DNA of 64,000 bases from Elusimicrobium minutum. GTDB lineage: Bacteria; Elusimicrobiota; Elusimicrobia; Elusimicrobiales; UBA9959. Every line of letters begins with the position of its first letter. Within the stretch, counting starts at the first letter, position 1. Positions 18,326-28,605 of the stretch are shown piece after piece. The DNA lies in contig DYIF01000001.1 in assembly GCA_020723765.1 (NCBI GenBank), positions 7,127 through 71,126 on the forward strand, read 5' to 3'. A program made the translations under genes and the position numbers. The notes beneath the pieces were generated by a model. That model was not told where the DNA came from. It saw only the letters and a program-made list of their open reading frames with translations, and did no database searches.

Positions 18326-19570
18326 ATGGACAAAGACGAAATAATAACCGCTTTAGACATAGGAAGCGACTCTGTCGTATGCGCGGCAGGCAAAGTTATG
18401 CCCGACAACAGGATAGAGCTATTATACGCCTCTTCAAGACATTCCAAAAAAGGGCTTAAAAACGGAGTCGTGATAAACATTTCCGCATTATCCAATACGT
18501 TTAAAGATCTGATAGAAGAAGTCGAAAAAGAAGCCGGAGACATAAGAATAACCGAGGTCTACGCCGGAGTAAGGGGTTCTCATATAGACTCGATGAACAA
18601 CCAGGGAGTCTATACGGTGACAAGAAGCGACAAAGAAATAATAAGCGAGGATGTTTTCGGTGTTATAGAAAATGCAAAAGCCATACACCTTCCCAATGAA
18701 AGAGAAATAATTCACGTAATCCCTCAGGAGTTTTCGCTGGACAAAGAGAAAGGATTTGAAAACCCGGTGGGAATGGAAGGGAATATACTTGAAACAAACG
18801 TTCATATAATAACCGGAAACATTTCTCATTTAAACAATATATCGAAAACCCTGGCAAATGCGGGATTTACTTTAAAAGAACACGTTTATCACTTATACCC
18901 ACTGGCCGAGGCGGTATTAACCGATGAGGAGAAAAAATTGGGTTCTCTTTTAATAGACATAGGAGACCAAACGACATCCATAGCGATATATCACGAAGGC
19001 AAAATAAGATTTTCAAAAGACATACTGATCGGAAGTTTCCATATAACAAACGACATAGCTTTAGCTCTTCATATACCCTTTGACGAAGCCAACAAAATAA
19101 AAGAAAATTACGGCTATGCGATGAGCTCTCTTTTGGAAGAGGATAAAGAGATAGAAGTTTTATCCATGGACAGGACAAGCAAAAGAAAAATAACTCAATC
19201 CAATCTAATAGATTACATTAAACCGAGAGTCGAGGAAATTTTGCTGGAAATAAAATCGACCGTAGACAAAACGGATTACGCGGAATATCTAAACGGAATA
19301 GTATTGACGGGAGGAGGATCTTTATTGAAAGGAATGGATAAGGCGGTGGAAAGAGTTTTCAAAGCCCAGGATGTAAGATACGGTTTTGTAAATCCGGATT
19401 ACGTGGAAATAAAAGACAAAAAATACTTAGATCAGAAATACGCTACGGCGATAAGCCTTCTTTCTTATCCCGTAATAATCAAACCTCAGTTAGAACAATT
19501 TTCCATGTCCAACCTAGACTCTAACGGTTTTGAAAGATTTTTTTCCTGGATTAAAAATTTATTTTCTTAA
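18326..19570 (+). CDS. ftsA: Cell division protein FtsA
   Basis: Actin-like ATPase motifs LDIGSDSV, LLIDIGDQTTSIAIY and IVLTGGGSLLKGM. Located upstream of ftsZ. Confidence 0.9.
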   Translation: MDKDEIITALDIGSDSVVCAAGKVMPDNRIELLYASSRHSKKGLKNGVVINISALSNTFKDLIEEVEKEAGDIRITEVYAGVRGSHIDSMNNQGVYTVTRSDKEIISEDVFGVIENAKAIHLPNEREIIHVIPQEFSLDKEKGFENPVGMEGNILETNVHIITGNISHLNNISKTLANAGFTLKEHVYHLYPLAEAVLTDEEKKLGSLLIDIGDQTTSIAIYHEGKIRFSKDILIGSFHITNDIALALHIPFDEANKIKENYGYAMSSLLEEDKEIEVLSMDRTSKRKITQSNLIDYIKPRVEEILLEIKSTVDKTDYAEYLNGIVLTGGGSLLKGMDKAVERVFKAQDVRYGFVNPDYVEIKDKKYLDQKYATAISLLSYPVIIKPQLEQFSMSNLDSNGFERFFSWIKNLFS

Positions 19571-19582
19571 AAAGGTAAAATT

Positions 19583-20731
19583 ATGCCGGATTTAGATTCT
19601 TACGACCTTAAAGAAGCGGTTATAAAAATAATAGGCGTCGGCGGAGCCGGAGGAAACACGATTAACAACATAGTCGCTCATTTAGAAAAAAACACAACCG
19701 TAGTTTCATCCGACGACACAAAAAAATTTAGGAACATCGACGTAATAGCGGCAAATACTGACATACAAGTCTTAAGAAGAAACAAAGCTCCCATAAGAAT
19801 TCCGTTAGGCGAACAACTCACAAGAGGCCTTGGAGCCGGAGGAAATCCCGAAGTCGGCAAAAAAGCGGCTTTGGAATCTTTAAAAGACATTGAAATGTCG
19901 ATAAAAGGAGCGGATCTTTTAATAGTTACAGGAGGAATGGGAGGAGGCACCGGAACCGGCGCCATACCCATAATAGCGGAAACCGCAAAAAACATGGGAA
20001 TACTCGTAATGGCGGTTGTCACAAAGCCGTTCAAAGACGAGGGAGAATTCAAATCAAGGCTTGCCGAAGATGGAATAAAAGAGTTGAGAAAACACGTAGA
20101 CGCCATAATAACCATACCCAACGACAGAATTTTAACATTATCTCCCGATCTGACAAACAAAGAAGGATATAAAGAGGTGGATAACGTTCTAATAGAAGCC
20201 ATAACGGGAATAACCGATATAATAACCACGGCGGGTACGGTCAATGTCGATTTTGCCGATATTTCAAGCATACTTAAACAATCGGGAACGGCTCTTGTCG
20301 GAATAGGGAAAGGAAAAGGCGACAAAAGGAATATGGACGCAATTAAAAAAGCCATAAACTTTCCTCTGATAGAAGGTGCCGATATACATAATTCTAAAGG
20401 ATTAATAGTATATTTCAAATCTCCGGATAATTTTAAAGTGAAAGAAAAGCAGGAGATAATGGATTATATACAGAAAAAAGTATCCAATCAGTCGGTCAAA
20501 TTCAAATACGGCGAACATTTCGACAACTCCATACCGGAAGACGAATTATGGATAACTTTGATAGCCACGGGATTCGGTTACTGCGAAGAGCCCTCAACTC
20601 CAAAAAGAGCTCATTTAAACGAGACAAGAGAATTTGCGAAATCTTCGGCTAAAGATATCGAAAATTTTTACTCCGCCGAAAACAGAAACAAGCCGGCGTA
20701 TCTTAGAAGAAAAACCTCTTTTCTGGATTAA
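19583..20731 (+). CDS. ftsZ: Cell division GTPase FtsZ
   Basis: IKIIGVGGAGGN, tubulin signature GGMGGGTGTGAIP and NVDFADI. Confidence 0.95.
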   Translation: MPDLDSYDLKEAVIKIIGVGGAGGNTINNIVAHLEKNTTVVSSDDTKKFRNIDVIAANTDIQVLRRNKAPIRIPLGEQLTRGLGAGGNPEVGKKAALESLKDIEMSIKGADLLIVTGGMGGGTGTGAIPIIAETAKNMGILVMAVVTKPFKDEGEFKSRLAEDGIKELRKHVDAIITIPNDRILTLSPDLTNKEGYKEVDNVLIEAITGITDIITTAGTVNVDFADISSILKQSGTALVGIGKGKGDKRNMDAIKKAINFPLIEGADIHNSKGLIVYFKSPDNFKVKEKQEIMDYIQKKVSNQSVKFKYGEHFDNSIPEDELWITLIATGFGYCEEPSTPKRAHLNETREFAKSSAKDIENFYSAENRNKPAYLRRKTSFLD

Positions 20732-20733
20732 AT

Positions 20734-21834
20734 ATGATAAACTTAAACATACTTCTTAAAATAATGGTTCAAAACAACGCAAGCGACCTTCATTTAAGAG
20801 GCGACGCTCCCGTTTATCTCAGGATAAACGGCAAACTGGTATCTATAAAAGATTCGACGCTTTCTTCCTCTCAAATAAACGAAATGATGAGTCCTTTCAT
20901 GAACGAAAGACTAAAGAAATTGTTCGACGAAAATCACGAAGCGGATTTTTCTTATCAACTTGAAAACATAGGAAGATTTAGACTTAATTATTATATGCAA
21001 AAAGGAAAACCGGCGGTAGCAATAAGGCACATACCGTTTAATATACCCACATTCGAGCAGTTAAGATTACCGGCCGAACCTTTGAAAAAACTTCTTTCAA
21101 ACGACAGAGGTTTGATACTCGTAACGGGAGTCACCGGTTCGGGGAAATCTTCGACGCTTGCGAGCATGATAGAATACATAAATAACCTCTGGGAATCTCA
21201 CATAATAACCATAGAAGATCCGATAGAATTTGTTTTTAGCGACAAAAGAAGTATAATAAGTCAGAGAGAAATAGGAGCGGATACCAATTCGTTCGTAGAC
21301 GCTTTAAGAGTCGCATTGAGACAGGATCCGGATGTAATAATGGTCGGAGAAATGAGAGACCTTGAAACCACAAAAGCGGCGATAACCGCCGCGGAGACCG
21401 GGCATCTGGTCATGTCTACGATGCATACGTTAAACGCCGTACAAACGATATCGAGAATAATAGACCTCTACCCCCCTCATCAACAGACGCAGATAAGGCT
21501 TCAACTATCCGAGACTTTAAGAGGGATAATATCTCAAAGGCTTTTGGCGTCTTCCAAAGGCGGGAGAATAGTGGCGGTAGAGATAATGATCAATACCCCG
21601 CACATAAAGAAACTGATAGCCGAAAACAATCTGGACGGGGTTTATCAAGCGATATCCAAGGGCGGATATTACGGAATGCAAACATTCAACCAATCGTTGA
21701 TAAATATTTATAGAAGCAATCTGGCTTCGCTTGAAGACGTGGTAAGCGCCGCTTCAAATCCCGACGATGTGCTTTTGGCGGTAAAAGGAATAGAACAGGA
21801 CACTCAAACGCCGGGAATAGATATAGAAAAATAA
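20734..21834 (+). CDS. pilT: Type IV pilus retraction ATPase PilT family
   Basis: ASDLHL, Walker A GVTGSGKSST, ITIEDPIEF, Walker B VIMVGEMRD and the His box GHLVMSTMHT. Confidence 0.85.
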   Translation: MINLNILLKIMVQNNASDLHLRGDAPVYLRINGKLVSIKDSTLSSSQINEMMSPFMNERLKKLFDENHEADFSYQLENIGRFRLNYYMQKGKPAVAIRHIPFNIPTFEQLRLPAEPLKKLLSNDRGLILVTGVTGSGKSSTLASMIEYINNLWESHIITIEDPIEFVFSDKRSIISQREIGADTNSFVDALRVALRQDPDVIMVGEMRDLETTKAAITAAETGHLVMSTMHTLNAVQTISRIIDLYPPHQQTQIRLQLSETLRGIISQRLLASSKGGRIVAVEIMINTPHIKKLIAENNLDGVYQAISKGGYYGMQTFNQSLINIYRSNLASLEDVVSAASNPDDVLLAVKGIEQDTQTPGIDIEK

Positions 21835-21869
21835 ATTTTTCGTCGCGGTTAAAAAATTCGGGAGGTTTT

Positions 21870-22577
21870 ATGTTCGCGGAAGGATATATAGGAATAGCCG
21901 GCATAATAGGAGTCGGGAAATCCACTTTGACAAACGAGCTCGCCAAAGCTTTGAATTTCGAGCCGGTTATGGAAGAAGTGAGCGGAAATCCTTATTTAGA
22001 AAAGTTTTACTCGGACATGAAAAAATACGGCACTATAATGCAAATATGGCTTTTAAACCACAGATTCAGACAACACAGAGAGTTTATAGCGAGAATCAGT
22101 TTGGGCAAAATAAGAGGGGTTGTTCAGGACAGAACCATATGGGAAGACACCATATTCGCAAGGATGTTAAATCAACACCCGGAAAAAATAATAAGCGACT
22201 TGGATTACAACACCTATTTAGACCTCTTCGATAATATGGTTCTAAGAGAACTGGTATTCCCCCAGCTTATGATTTTTTTAGATTGCAGCGTCGAAACCGC
22301 GATGGAAAGAATAAAGATGAGGGGCAGGTCGATGGAAAAGACCATAACCGCGGATTACTTAAAAAGTTTACAGGAAAATTATTATCAGTTTATAGAAGAA
22401 ATGGAAGACGCGGGAGTAAGAATTCTAAGAATAGACTGGGAAACATTCAAGCCCACAAGCGAAGTCGTAAGACTGGTCCACGAATACTCTTTAAAGCCGT
22501 CGAGCTTTACAAAATGGGTAAGACCTTTAAGAAAACCGCCTCAGGAAACAAAGGCCCAGGAAAAGGTAAACGTTTGA
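21870..22577 (+). CDS. Deoxynucleoside kinase (dAK/dGK family)
   Basis: P-loop GIIGVGKSTL, EEVSGNPYLEKFY, VQDRTIWEDTIFA and an RGR lid motif. Confidence 0.8.
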   Translation: MFAEGYIGIAGIIGVGKSTLTNELAKALNFEPVMEEVSGNPYLEKFYSDMKKYGTIMQIWLLNHRFRQHREFIARISLGKIRGVVQDRTIWEDTIFARMLNQHPEKIISDLDYNTYLDLFDNMVLRELVFPQLMIFLDCSVETAMERIKMRGRSMEKTITADYLKSLQENYYQFIEEMEDAGVRILRIDWETFKPTSEVVRLVHEYSLKPSSFTKWVRPLRKPPQETKAQEKVNV

Positions 22578-22578
22578 T

Positions 22579-23271
22579 ATGAGAAAAAACGGGATAATAA
22601 TAGCCATAGACGGCCCCGCCGGAGGCGGGAAATCGAGCGTAGGCAAGATTGTAGCCGAAAAAATAGGTTATAAGTTCATTTCAAGCGGAAAGATGTATAG
22701 AGCGATAGCGTGGCTTTGCGTAAAAAAAGAAGTAAATATAGACGATGAAGAAAAGGTTTTAGAAATAGCCCGAACAAATCCGATAAGTTTCAAAGAAAAT
22801 TCCGGGGTTGAGCCTTTGCTTTTGATATCTAACACAGTTTTAGACAAAGAACTATACGACGAAAACATAGCCGCCGCAACAAGCAAAATAGCAAGGATGC
22901 TAAATTTAAGAAATTTTCTGGTGGAAGAACAAAGGAGACTTGGGCGGGATGGCGGGATAATAATGGAGGGAAGAGACATAACGACAAACGTTTTCCCGGA
23001 CGCCGAATTAAAGATTTATTTGGACGCCTCCGCACAAGCGCGAGCCGAAAGAAGGGTCGCTCAACTTAGAGAAAAAGGCATGGAAGCGAACTACCGTGAA
23101 ATCCTCGATATGATAATAAAAAGAGACGAGCAGGACGCAAAAAGAAAACATAACCCGTTAAAAAAATCCGAAGACAGCCATTACATAGACTCCACTAATA
23201 TGAAAAAAGAAGACGTCGTTAATCTAATACTAAAACTCTACGAACAAACCTTATCGAAAATCAAAAAATGA
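22579..23271 (+). CDS. cmk: Cytidylate kinase
   Basis: IIAIDGPAGGGKSSVGK, SSGKMYRA, MEGRDITTNVFPDAELKIYLDAS and ERR. Confidence 0.9.
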   Translation: MRKNGIIIAIDGPAGGGKSSVGKIVAEKIGYKFISSGKMYRAIAWLCVKKEVNIDDEEKVLEIARTNPISFKENSGVEPLLLISNTVLDKELYDENIAAATSKIARMLNLRNFLVEEQRRLGRDGGIIMEGRDITTNVFPDAELKIYLDASAQARAERRVAQLREKGMEANYREILDMIIKRDEQDAKRKHNPLKKSEDSHYIDSTNMKKEDVVNLILKLYEQTLSKIKK

Positions 23272-23858
23272 AAGACCTCGCCACTTTTCTAATAAGAATT
23301 TTCTTAGATATTTTTTATAAAACCGAAATAAGAGGGATGGAAAACGTGCCCTTAGAAGGCAAGGTTATAATAGCCTCTAACCACATATCCAACATAGATC
23401 CGCCGGCGATTTTATCCTATATAAACAAATTCAGAAACGATACGGCGGTACTTGCCAAAAAAGAGCTTTTTAAAAATCCGCTATTCGGGGCTTTTTTGAG
23501 AAAGATGGGAGCGATAGAGGTCGATAGGCAATCGGCGGATATAACGGCTTTAAAAAGATCGGTAAAAGCCCTAAACGAAGGGAAGCTTCTTCTTATATTT
23601 CCCGAAGGAACGAGAAAAAAAGAAGACAAAGAGATAAAACCCAAAACCGGAATATCCTTTTTAGCCAAACAAACAAAAGCCCGGATAGTGCCTACAAAAA
23701 TAGTTAATGTAAAAAACGGCTCAAAATTAGGTAAAATAATAATAGTATTCGATAAACCTATCGATACTGAGAAGTATGATTTCACAGACCGTAGAACCTT
23801 TGAAGAATTTCCGGAAATAATAATGAACAGGATTTATTCGATTAAAATAAAGGAGTAA
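23268..23858 (+). CDS. plsC: 1-acyl-sn-glycerol-3-phosphate acyltransferase
   Basis: Acyltransferase motifs NHISNIDP (HxxxxD) and FPEGTR. Confidence 0.8.
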   Translation: MKDLATFLIRIFLDIFYKTEIRGMENVPLEGKVIIASNHISNIDPPAILSYINKFRNDTAVLAKKELFKNPLFGAFLRKMGAIEVDRQSADITALKRSVKALNEGKLLLIFPEGTRKKEDKEIKPKTGISFLAKQTKARIVPTKIVNVKNGSKLGKIIIVFDKPIDTEKYDFTDRRTFEEFPEIIMNRIYSIKIKE

Positions 23859-23860
23859 TT

Positions 23861-25144
23861 ATGGAAATAAACGATAATTCTAAAGAAACGCTCAATAACG
23901 AAAAAGATTTCGAGGAAAACCATACGGAGGAGAAGGATATGAGCGAAATAGAATTGGAACAAACGGAAAAAGAAATTACCGAACAAATAGCTCAAGGTAG
24001 CGAATCTAACGATACCTCCATAGACGAAAACGAAATAAGCATGGAAGAACTTTTAAAAGCCGAGGATAATCTTTCCGAAAAGCTTTACAAAAACGAGCTC
24101 GTATACGTAAAAGTGGTCGCCGTAAACAACGAATTCGTATACGTAGACATCGGCGAAAAAAACGAAGGCATAATACCGATAAAAGATTTCGAAGGTTTTA
24201 AGCTTCCCAATGTCGGCACAAAAATAATAGCGGTGTTAGAAAGAAAAGGTTCCGGAGAAAGAAATACGGTTCTGTCTTACAGAAAAGCCAAAGAAGCGGT
24301 AACCCTTAAGTGGCTTGAAAAAGCTTTTCAAGAAAAGCAAAGAATAAAAGGCAGAATAGCCCAGCAAATAAAAGGCGGATACATAGTCAGCATAAACGGA
24401 GCCAACGCTTTTATGCCCCTTTCTTTATCGGAACTCGGAGGAGCTCCGAGGCATTATCTGCCGGTAAACGCAAAGGTTAAATTTTACCTGATAGATTTCG
24501 ATCCGAAAAACAAAAAGATAATAGTATCGAGAAGAGCGGTTTTGGAAGAAGACGAAAAAGCCAGAAGAGAAAAAATACTTTCCGAGACCAACGAAGGCGA
24601 TTATACCAGAGTGGTGGTCGCCAAGATAATAGACAGCGGAATGTTCGTAAGATACCAGGGAATGGAAGGGTTTGTAAAACTCGAAGACGTGGACTGGAAA
24701 AATCCAAAGCAGGCGTTGTCCGAGTATAAAAGAGGACAAAGGATAAAAGTAAAAATACTTTCCATAGACAGGGAAAAACAGCGAATAAACTTCGGAATAA
24801 AACAAACAAAACCCAACCCCATAGACATTTTAAGAAGGAAATTCCCCGTCAGATCTTCCGTTAAAGGGAAAGTGGTGGAAATAGGAGACAAATGGGTTAA
24901 ACTGCATATAGCGGAAGATATCTACGGAATAATAAACGAGGAAGATTACAGCTACGAAGGCGCCCCGGAAAAAGACAGCGTAGTGGACGCCGCCGTAGTG
25001 GGCGTAAACCCTGAAACGTACGAGTTAAAATTATCCATAAAGAGATACGAGCAGATAGAAAACAGAAAAAGAATAGAGCAGTATTCGAAACAAAGTCCTA
25101 AGATAACTTTAGGGCAACTTTTAAAAGATAGCGAGAATAACTAA
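23861..25144 (+). CDS. rpsA: 30S ribosomal protein S1-like (acidic N-terminal extension plus about four S1 domains)
   Basis: Repeated S1/OB motifs (VKVVAVNNEFVYVDIGEKNEGIIP; GRIAQQIKGGYIVSINGANAFMP; VVAKIIDSGMFVRYQGMEGFV; GKVVEIGDKWVKLHIAEDIYGII). cmk-plsC-rpsA synteny. Confidence 0.75.
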   Translation: MEINDNSKETLNNEKDFEENHTEEKDMSEIELEQTEKEITEQIAQGSESNDTSIDENEISMEELLKAEDNLSEKLYKNELVYVKVVAVNNEFVYVDIGEKNEGIIPIKDFEGFKLPNVGTKIIAVLERKGSGERNTVLSYRKAKEAVTLKWLEKAFQEKQRIKGRIAQQIKGGYIVSINGANAFMPLSLSELGGAPRHYLPVNAKVKFYLIDFDPKNKKIIVSRRAVLEEDEKARREKILSETNEGDYTRVVVAKIIDSGMFVRYQGMEGFVKLEDVDWKNPKQALSEYKRGQRIKVKILSIDREKQRINFGIKQTKPNPIDILRRKFPVRSSVKGKVVEIGDKWVKLHIAEDIYGIINEEDYSYEGAPEKDSVVDAAVVGVNPETYELKLSIKRYEQIENRKRIEQYSKQSPKITLGQLLKDSENN

Positions 25145-25159
25145 TTTAAACGTTTAAAA

Positions 25160-26719
25160 GTGAAAATTCTCAAAAAGCTACAAATATTCGTTTGTCACTT
25201 TCTTTTTTTATCCAATATTTTATCGGCGGCTTACCAGGATCCCCCAAAAACGGTATGGGAAGCGATAATGAAAGAACAAAGCAGGCTTAATCTTTCAAGA
25301 GGAATATCCCATATGTCGGAGGAGGAATATTCCAAAGCTTCGATAGAATTTCTAAAAGCCATAGAAAAAGATCCGTCGTCGATGGCCTATACGATGTATG
25401 CGGCCTCTCTTTACTGGATGGGAGACAACGAAGGCGCTTTGAAAAATTACGAAAAAGCCCTCGATTTAGACCCCAAAAACGATATAGCGTGGCAGTTAAA
25501 AGGCATATCCATGGCCAAAGACGGCAAGATAAAAGAGGCGCTTGAGTGTTTTAAAAAATCAGAATCTATTAACCCTTTAAGAAGCGACGTTTTGATGAAT
25601 ATCGGCTCGGTTTATTTTTCTCTGGGCAACATAACCGAAGCGGTAAAATATTTGAAGAAGGCGATAAAGTCGGACGAGAGAAATCCTTTATATTACTATC
25701 AATTGGGGCTCGTTTATTTCTCTACGGAAGATTTTGCCAATGCTATTAAAAATTTCGAAACCGCCCGTTCTTTAAAAGCGGATTACGAAGAGGCGATATT
25801 GTGGCTCGGGATATCTTATGAAAAAACGGGAGAGACAAAAAAAGCGCTCAGCGCTTATAAAAAAGCGATTAACATAAAACCTTACGATTATTTCGCAAGA
25901 TATAAATTGGCGGGAATTACAAAAGATTTAAAAGAAATAATACCTTGCTTTGAGCTCACCCCTCAAAACAACAACTCCTCCATACCCATTCAAATATCTT
26001 ATTCTCAAAATAATTTTAAAAAAACCGCGCATGGAGCAAATCCCATTACAAAAGCGCTTTACGACAATTTGATGGCGGTAAAAGAAGACGAAATTGCCCA
26101 TTTGAGCGTAGACATAATAGAGATGGAAAACATTACCTTGGAAAAGAAAAAAGAAGGGGAACTGGAGAAAAAACTTTCTCAAAAATTTAAGCCGGTTTCG
26201 TACAGAATAACCACCAAAAACTATACACTTGAAGGAACCGATTCAAAATCCAAAGAAATCGAAAAAATAATAGAAGACATAGAAAAAACGCTGTCGGACA
26301 AATCCAATTATAGAGTAAACTTCGACATTAAGACGACCAAGACGAACAAAAAAACGGCTCAATCTTTGACATACATACCGAGAAACATAGGAAACGACAT
26401 GGGGCTATGGATAATAGGCAATCCCTGGATAGCTTTGATAGAAGAAGATTTGGAAGGTTTTGAGGAAGAAAAAAATCCGACCGAAACGGCCATAAACGCT
26501 TTGGGAATGCTTTTGATAGGCGAAATAGACAAATCCGAAAAAGAATTTTTAAAAATACAAAAAACAATACCCGAGGTATCGGAACTGGCTATCGGCGTAA
26601 TAGATTATCTTAACGGCAAAAAGGAAGAAGCCGTAAAGAGATTTGAAAACGCGTTAAAAATAAATCCCAAAAACAAAACGGCTCAAAAAAACATAAGGTG
26701 GATAAATGGAAATAAATAA
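25160..26719 (+). CDS. Exported TPR-repeat protein
   Basis: GTG start, signal peptide, and several canonical TPR units (e.g. ALKNYEKALDLDPKNDIAWQLKG). Confidence 0.6.
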   Translation: MKILKKLQIFVCHFLFLSNILSAAYQDPPKTVWEAIMKEQSRLNLSRGISHMSEEEYSKASIEFLKAIEKDPSSMAYTMYAASLYWMGDNEGALKNYEKALDLDPKNDIAWQLKGISMAKDGKIKEALECFKKSESINPLRSDVLMNIGSVYFSLGNITEAVKYLKKAIKSDERNPLYYYQLGLVYFSTEDFANAIKNFETARSLKADYEEAILWLGISYEKTGETKKALSAYKKAINIKPYDYFARYKLAGITKDLKEIIPCFELTPQNNNSSIPIQISYSQNNFKKTAHGANPITKALYDNLMAVKEDEIAHLSVDIIEMENITLEKKKEGELEKKLSQKFKPVSYRITTKNYTLEGTDSKSKEIEKIIEDIEKTLSDKSNYRVNFDIKTTKTNKKTAQSLTYIPRNIGNDMGLWIIGNPWIALIEEDLEGFEEEKNPTETAINALGMLLIGEIDKSEKEFLKIQKTIPEVSELAIGVIDYLNGKKEEAVKRFENALKINPKNKTAQKNIRWINGNK

Positions 26720-27245
26720 ATTAGGAATAACATTCGTATCTCACAAACAAAAACAAATGTTGCTCGAGACAACCGTCCTTCCTTATAGAAATTTTATCGA
26801 AGGATATTATTCGGTAGAGTTAAGAGAAAAAAACAAACTCATCGGATACGACATAAATTTTATAAACGACAAAAAAATGCAATTCGCCCATAAGGATTTC
26901 ATCGGAGAAATAACCTTCGGGAAATATGCGATAAAAAGCAATGCCCTTGAAAAGATAAGCCAGAAGATTTTGAAATACTCGGAAATTCCGCATAAAATAA
27001 TAATGATAGAATTAGGCTCTATTTTTATATTAAATCCCCAATTTACACAAAACCTTTTAAAACTTTTTTCCACCGACAAAAAAATAATCATTCTTACCCC
27101 GAAAAACAAAGAAATAATTCAAACGATAAAGAACTTAGACGACTCGTTTATGATAGAGCTCAACAAAAAAGAAACCCAGGCCGTAAAAAAAGCGATAGAC
27201 AAATGGCTTGGAGAACTTGTAAGCAGAATGGAGATAAACGAATAA
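26706..27245 (+). CDS. THEP1-like NTPase homolog with degenerate Walker A and B motifs
   Basis: Collinear with my memory of THEP1/NTPase proteins (GYYSVELRE..IGYDI; GKYAI; IIMIELGS; KIIILTP). FVSHKQKQ replaces the GxxGxGKT P-loop and IELG replaces DEIG. Confidence 0.4.
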   Translation: MEINKLGITFVSHKQKQMLLETTVLPYRNFIEGYYSVELREKNKLIGYDINFINDKKMQFAHKDFIGEITFGKYAIKSNALEKISQKILKYSEIPHKIIMIELGSIFILNPQFTQNLLKLFSTDKKIIILTPKNKEIIQTIKNLDDSFMIELNKKETQAVKKAIDKWLGELVSRMEINE

Positions 27246-27246
27246 A

Positions 27247-28605
27247 ATGAAAAAAATATATTTCATAGGCATAGGCGGGATAGGAATGAGCGGACTCGCC
27301 GTAATCGCAAAAGAAAAGGGATATTCGGTATCGGGCTCTGACATATCCGAAAACTACATAACCGAAAAACTAAAAAAAGAAGGGATTAAAATTTTCTTAA
27401 AACACGATCCTAAAAACATAACAAAAGACATAGACCTTGTAGTAATAAGCTCGGCGATAAAAGACGATAACCCGGAACTTATAAAAGCATGGAGATATAA
27501 CATACCGGTGGTTAAGAGAGCGAAGTTTCTGTCTATGTTGTGCAAAAACTCGAAAACCGTAGCCGTAGCCGGAACTCACGGCAAAACGACCACGACCGGT
27601 ATGATATCCTCCATATTTGAAACGAAAAAAGAAAATTACACCGCGGTTATTGGGGGAATATCAAAGCACATAGGTTCCAATGTAAAATTTAAAAGCGGAG
27701 AATATTTCATAATAGAAGCGGACGAATCGGACGGAAGTTTCCTTTATTACTCTCCTCTAATAGCGGCTGTAACCAATATAGACGACGACCATTTAGATTT
27801 TTATAAAAACATAGAAAACATCAAAAAAACTTTCGTAAATTTCATAAACAAAATACCTTTTTACGGCAAAGCCGTTCTTTGCGGAGACGATAAAAACATA
27901 AAATCGGTTTTAAACCTTATAACCTCGCCTTATTATACTTACGGCTTTGGAGACAAAAACGACTGGAAGATAAAAAACATAGGAAACTCAAGCGATGGGA
28001 TATCGTACGAGGTATATTATAAAGACAAGAAAGAAGATAAAATAAAACTTAAAGTATTCGGGCCTCACAACGCTTTAAACTCATTAGCCGCTTACATAAC
28101 CGCAAGGTATCTCGGGGTGGAGAAAAAAACGATACTCGAAGGATTATATAATTTCAAAGGAATGAAAAGAAGATTGGATTTGATTTCAAAAGTCGGAGAA
28201 GTTTGTTTCTACGACGACTACGCTCACCATCCGACCGAAATAAAAACCACTCTATCTTCTTTAAAATCTTTCTATCCCCGAAATAGAATTATCGCCATAT
28301 TTCAGCCGCATAGATACACGAGAACCGCTTTTCTATACAAAGAATTTTCCAAATCCTTCGACGACGCAAGCGCGGTTTATCTGACCGATATATATCCAGC
28401 CGGAGAAAAACCGATAAAAGGCGTATCCCCGGAATTAATAATAAACGAAATCAACAAAAGAGGAAAAAAGGCTTTTAAATTTAAAACCGCTTTGGATTTA
28501 GCCAAATCGATAAAAGATAAAGACATAGTAATAGGACTCGGCGCCGGAGATATATATAAAATTTTAAACGAAATAAAGTTTAAATACGAGACAATAATAA
28601 AATAA
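27247..28605 (+). CDS. murC: UDP-N-acetylmuramate--L-alanine ligase
   Basis: IYFIGIGGIGMSGLA, AGTHGKTTTTGM, EADESDGSF and DDYAHHPTEI. Confidence 0.9.
   Translation: MKKIYFIGIGGIGMSGLAVIAKEKGYSVSGSDISENYITEKLKKEGIKIFLKHDPKNITKDIDLVVISSAIKDDNPELIKAWRYNIPVVKRAKFLSMLCKNSKTVAVAGTHGKTTTTGMISSIFETKKENYTAVIGGISKHIGSNVKFKSGEYFIIEADESDGSFLYYSPLIAAVTNIDDDHLDFYKNIENIKKTFVNFINKIPFYGKAVLCGDDKNIKSVLNLITSPYYTYGFGDKNDWKIKNIGNSSDGISYEVYYKDKKEDKIKLKVFGPHNALNSLAAYITARYLGVEKKTILEGLYNFKGMKRRLDLISKVGEVCFYDDYAHHPTEIKTTLSSLKSFYPRNRIIAIFQPHRYTRTAFLYKEFSKSFDDASAVYLTDIYPAGEKPIKGVSPELIINEINKRGKKAFKFKTALDLAKSIKDKDIVIGLGAGDIYKILNEIKFKYETIIK

Noticed and set aside
19678-20418. 246-aa antisense ORF inside ftsZ. Similar long alternative-frame or antisense ORFs occur at 23417-23785, 29715-30083, 52281-52727, 56867-57370, 18488-18829 and 24425-24891.
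   Set aside because: All of them lie entirely within confidently identified genes. They have low-complexity or odd composition and lack SD sequences, so they are shadow ORFs.
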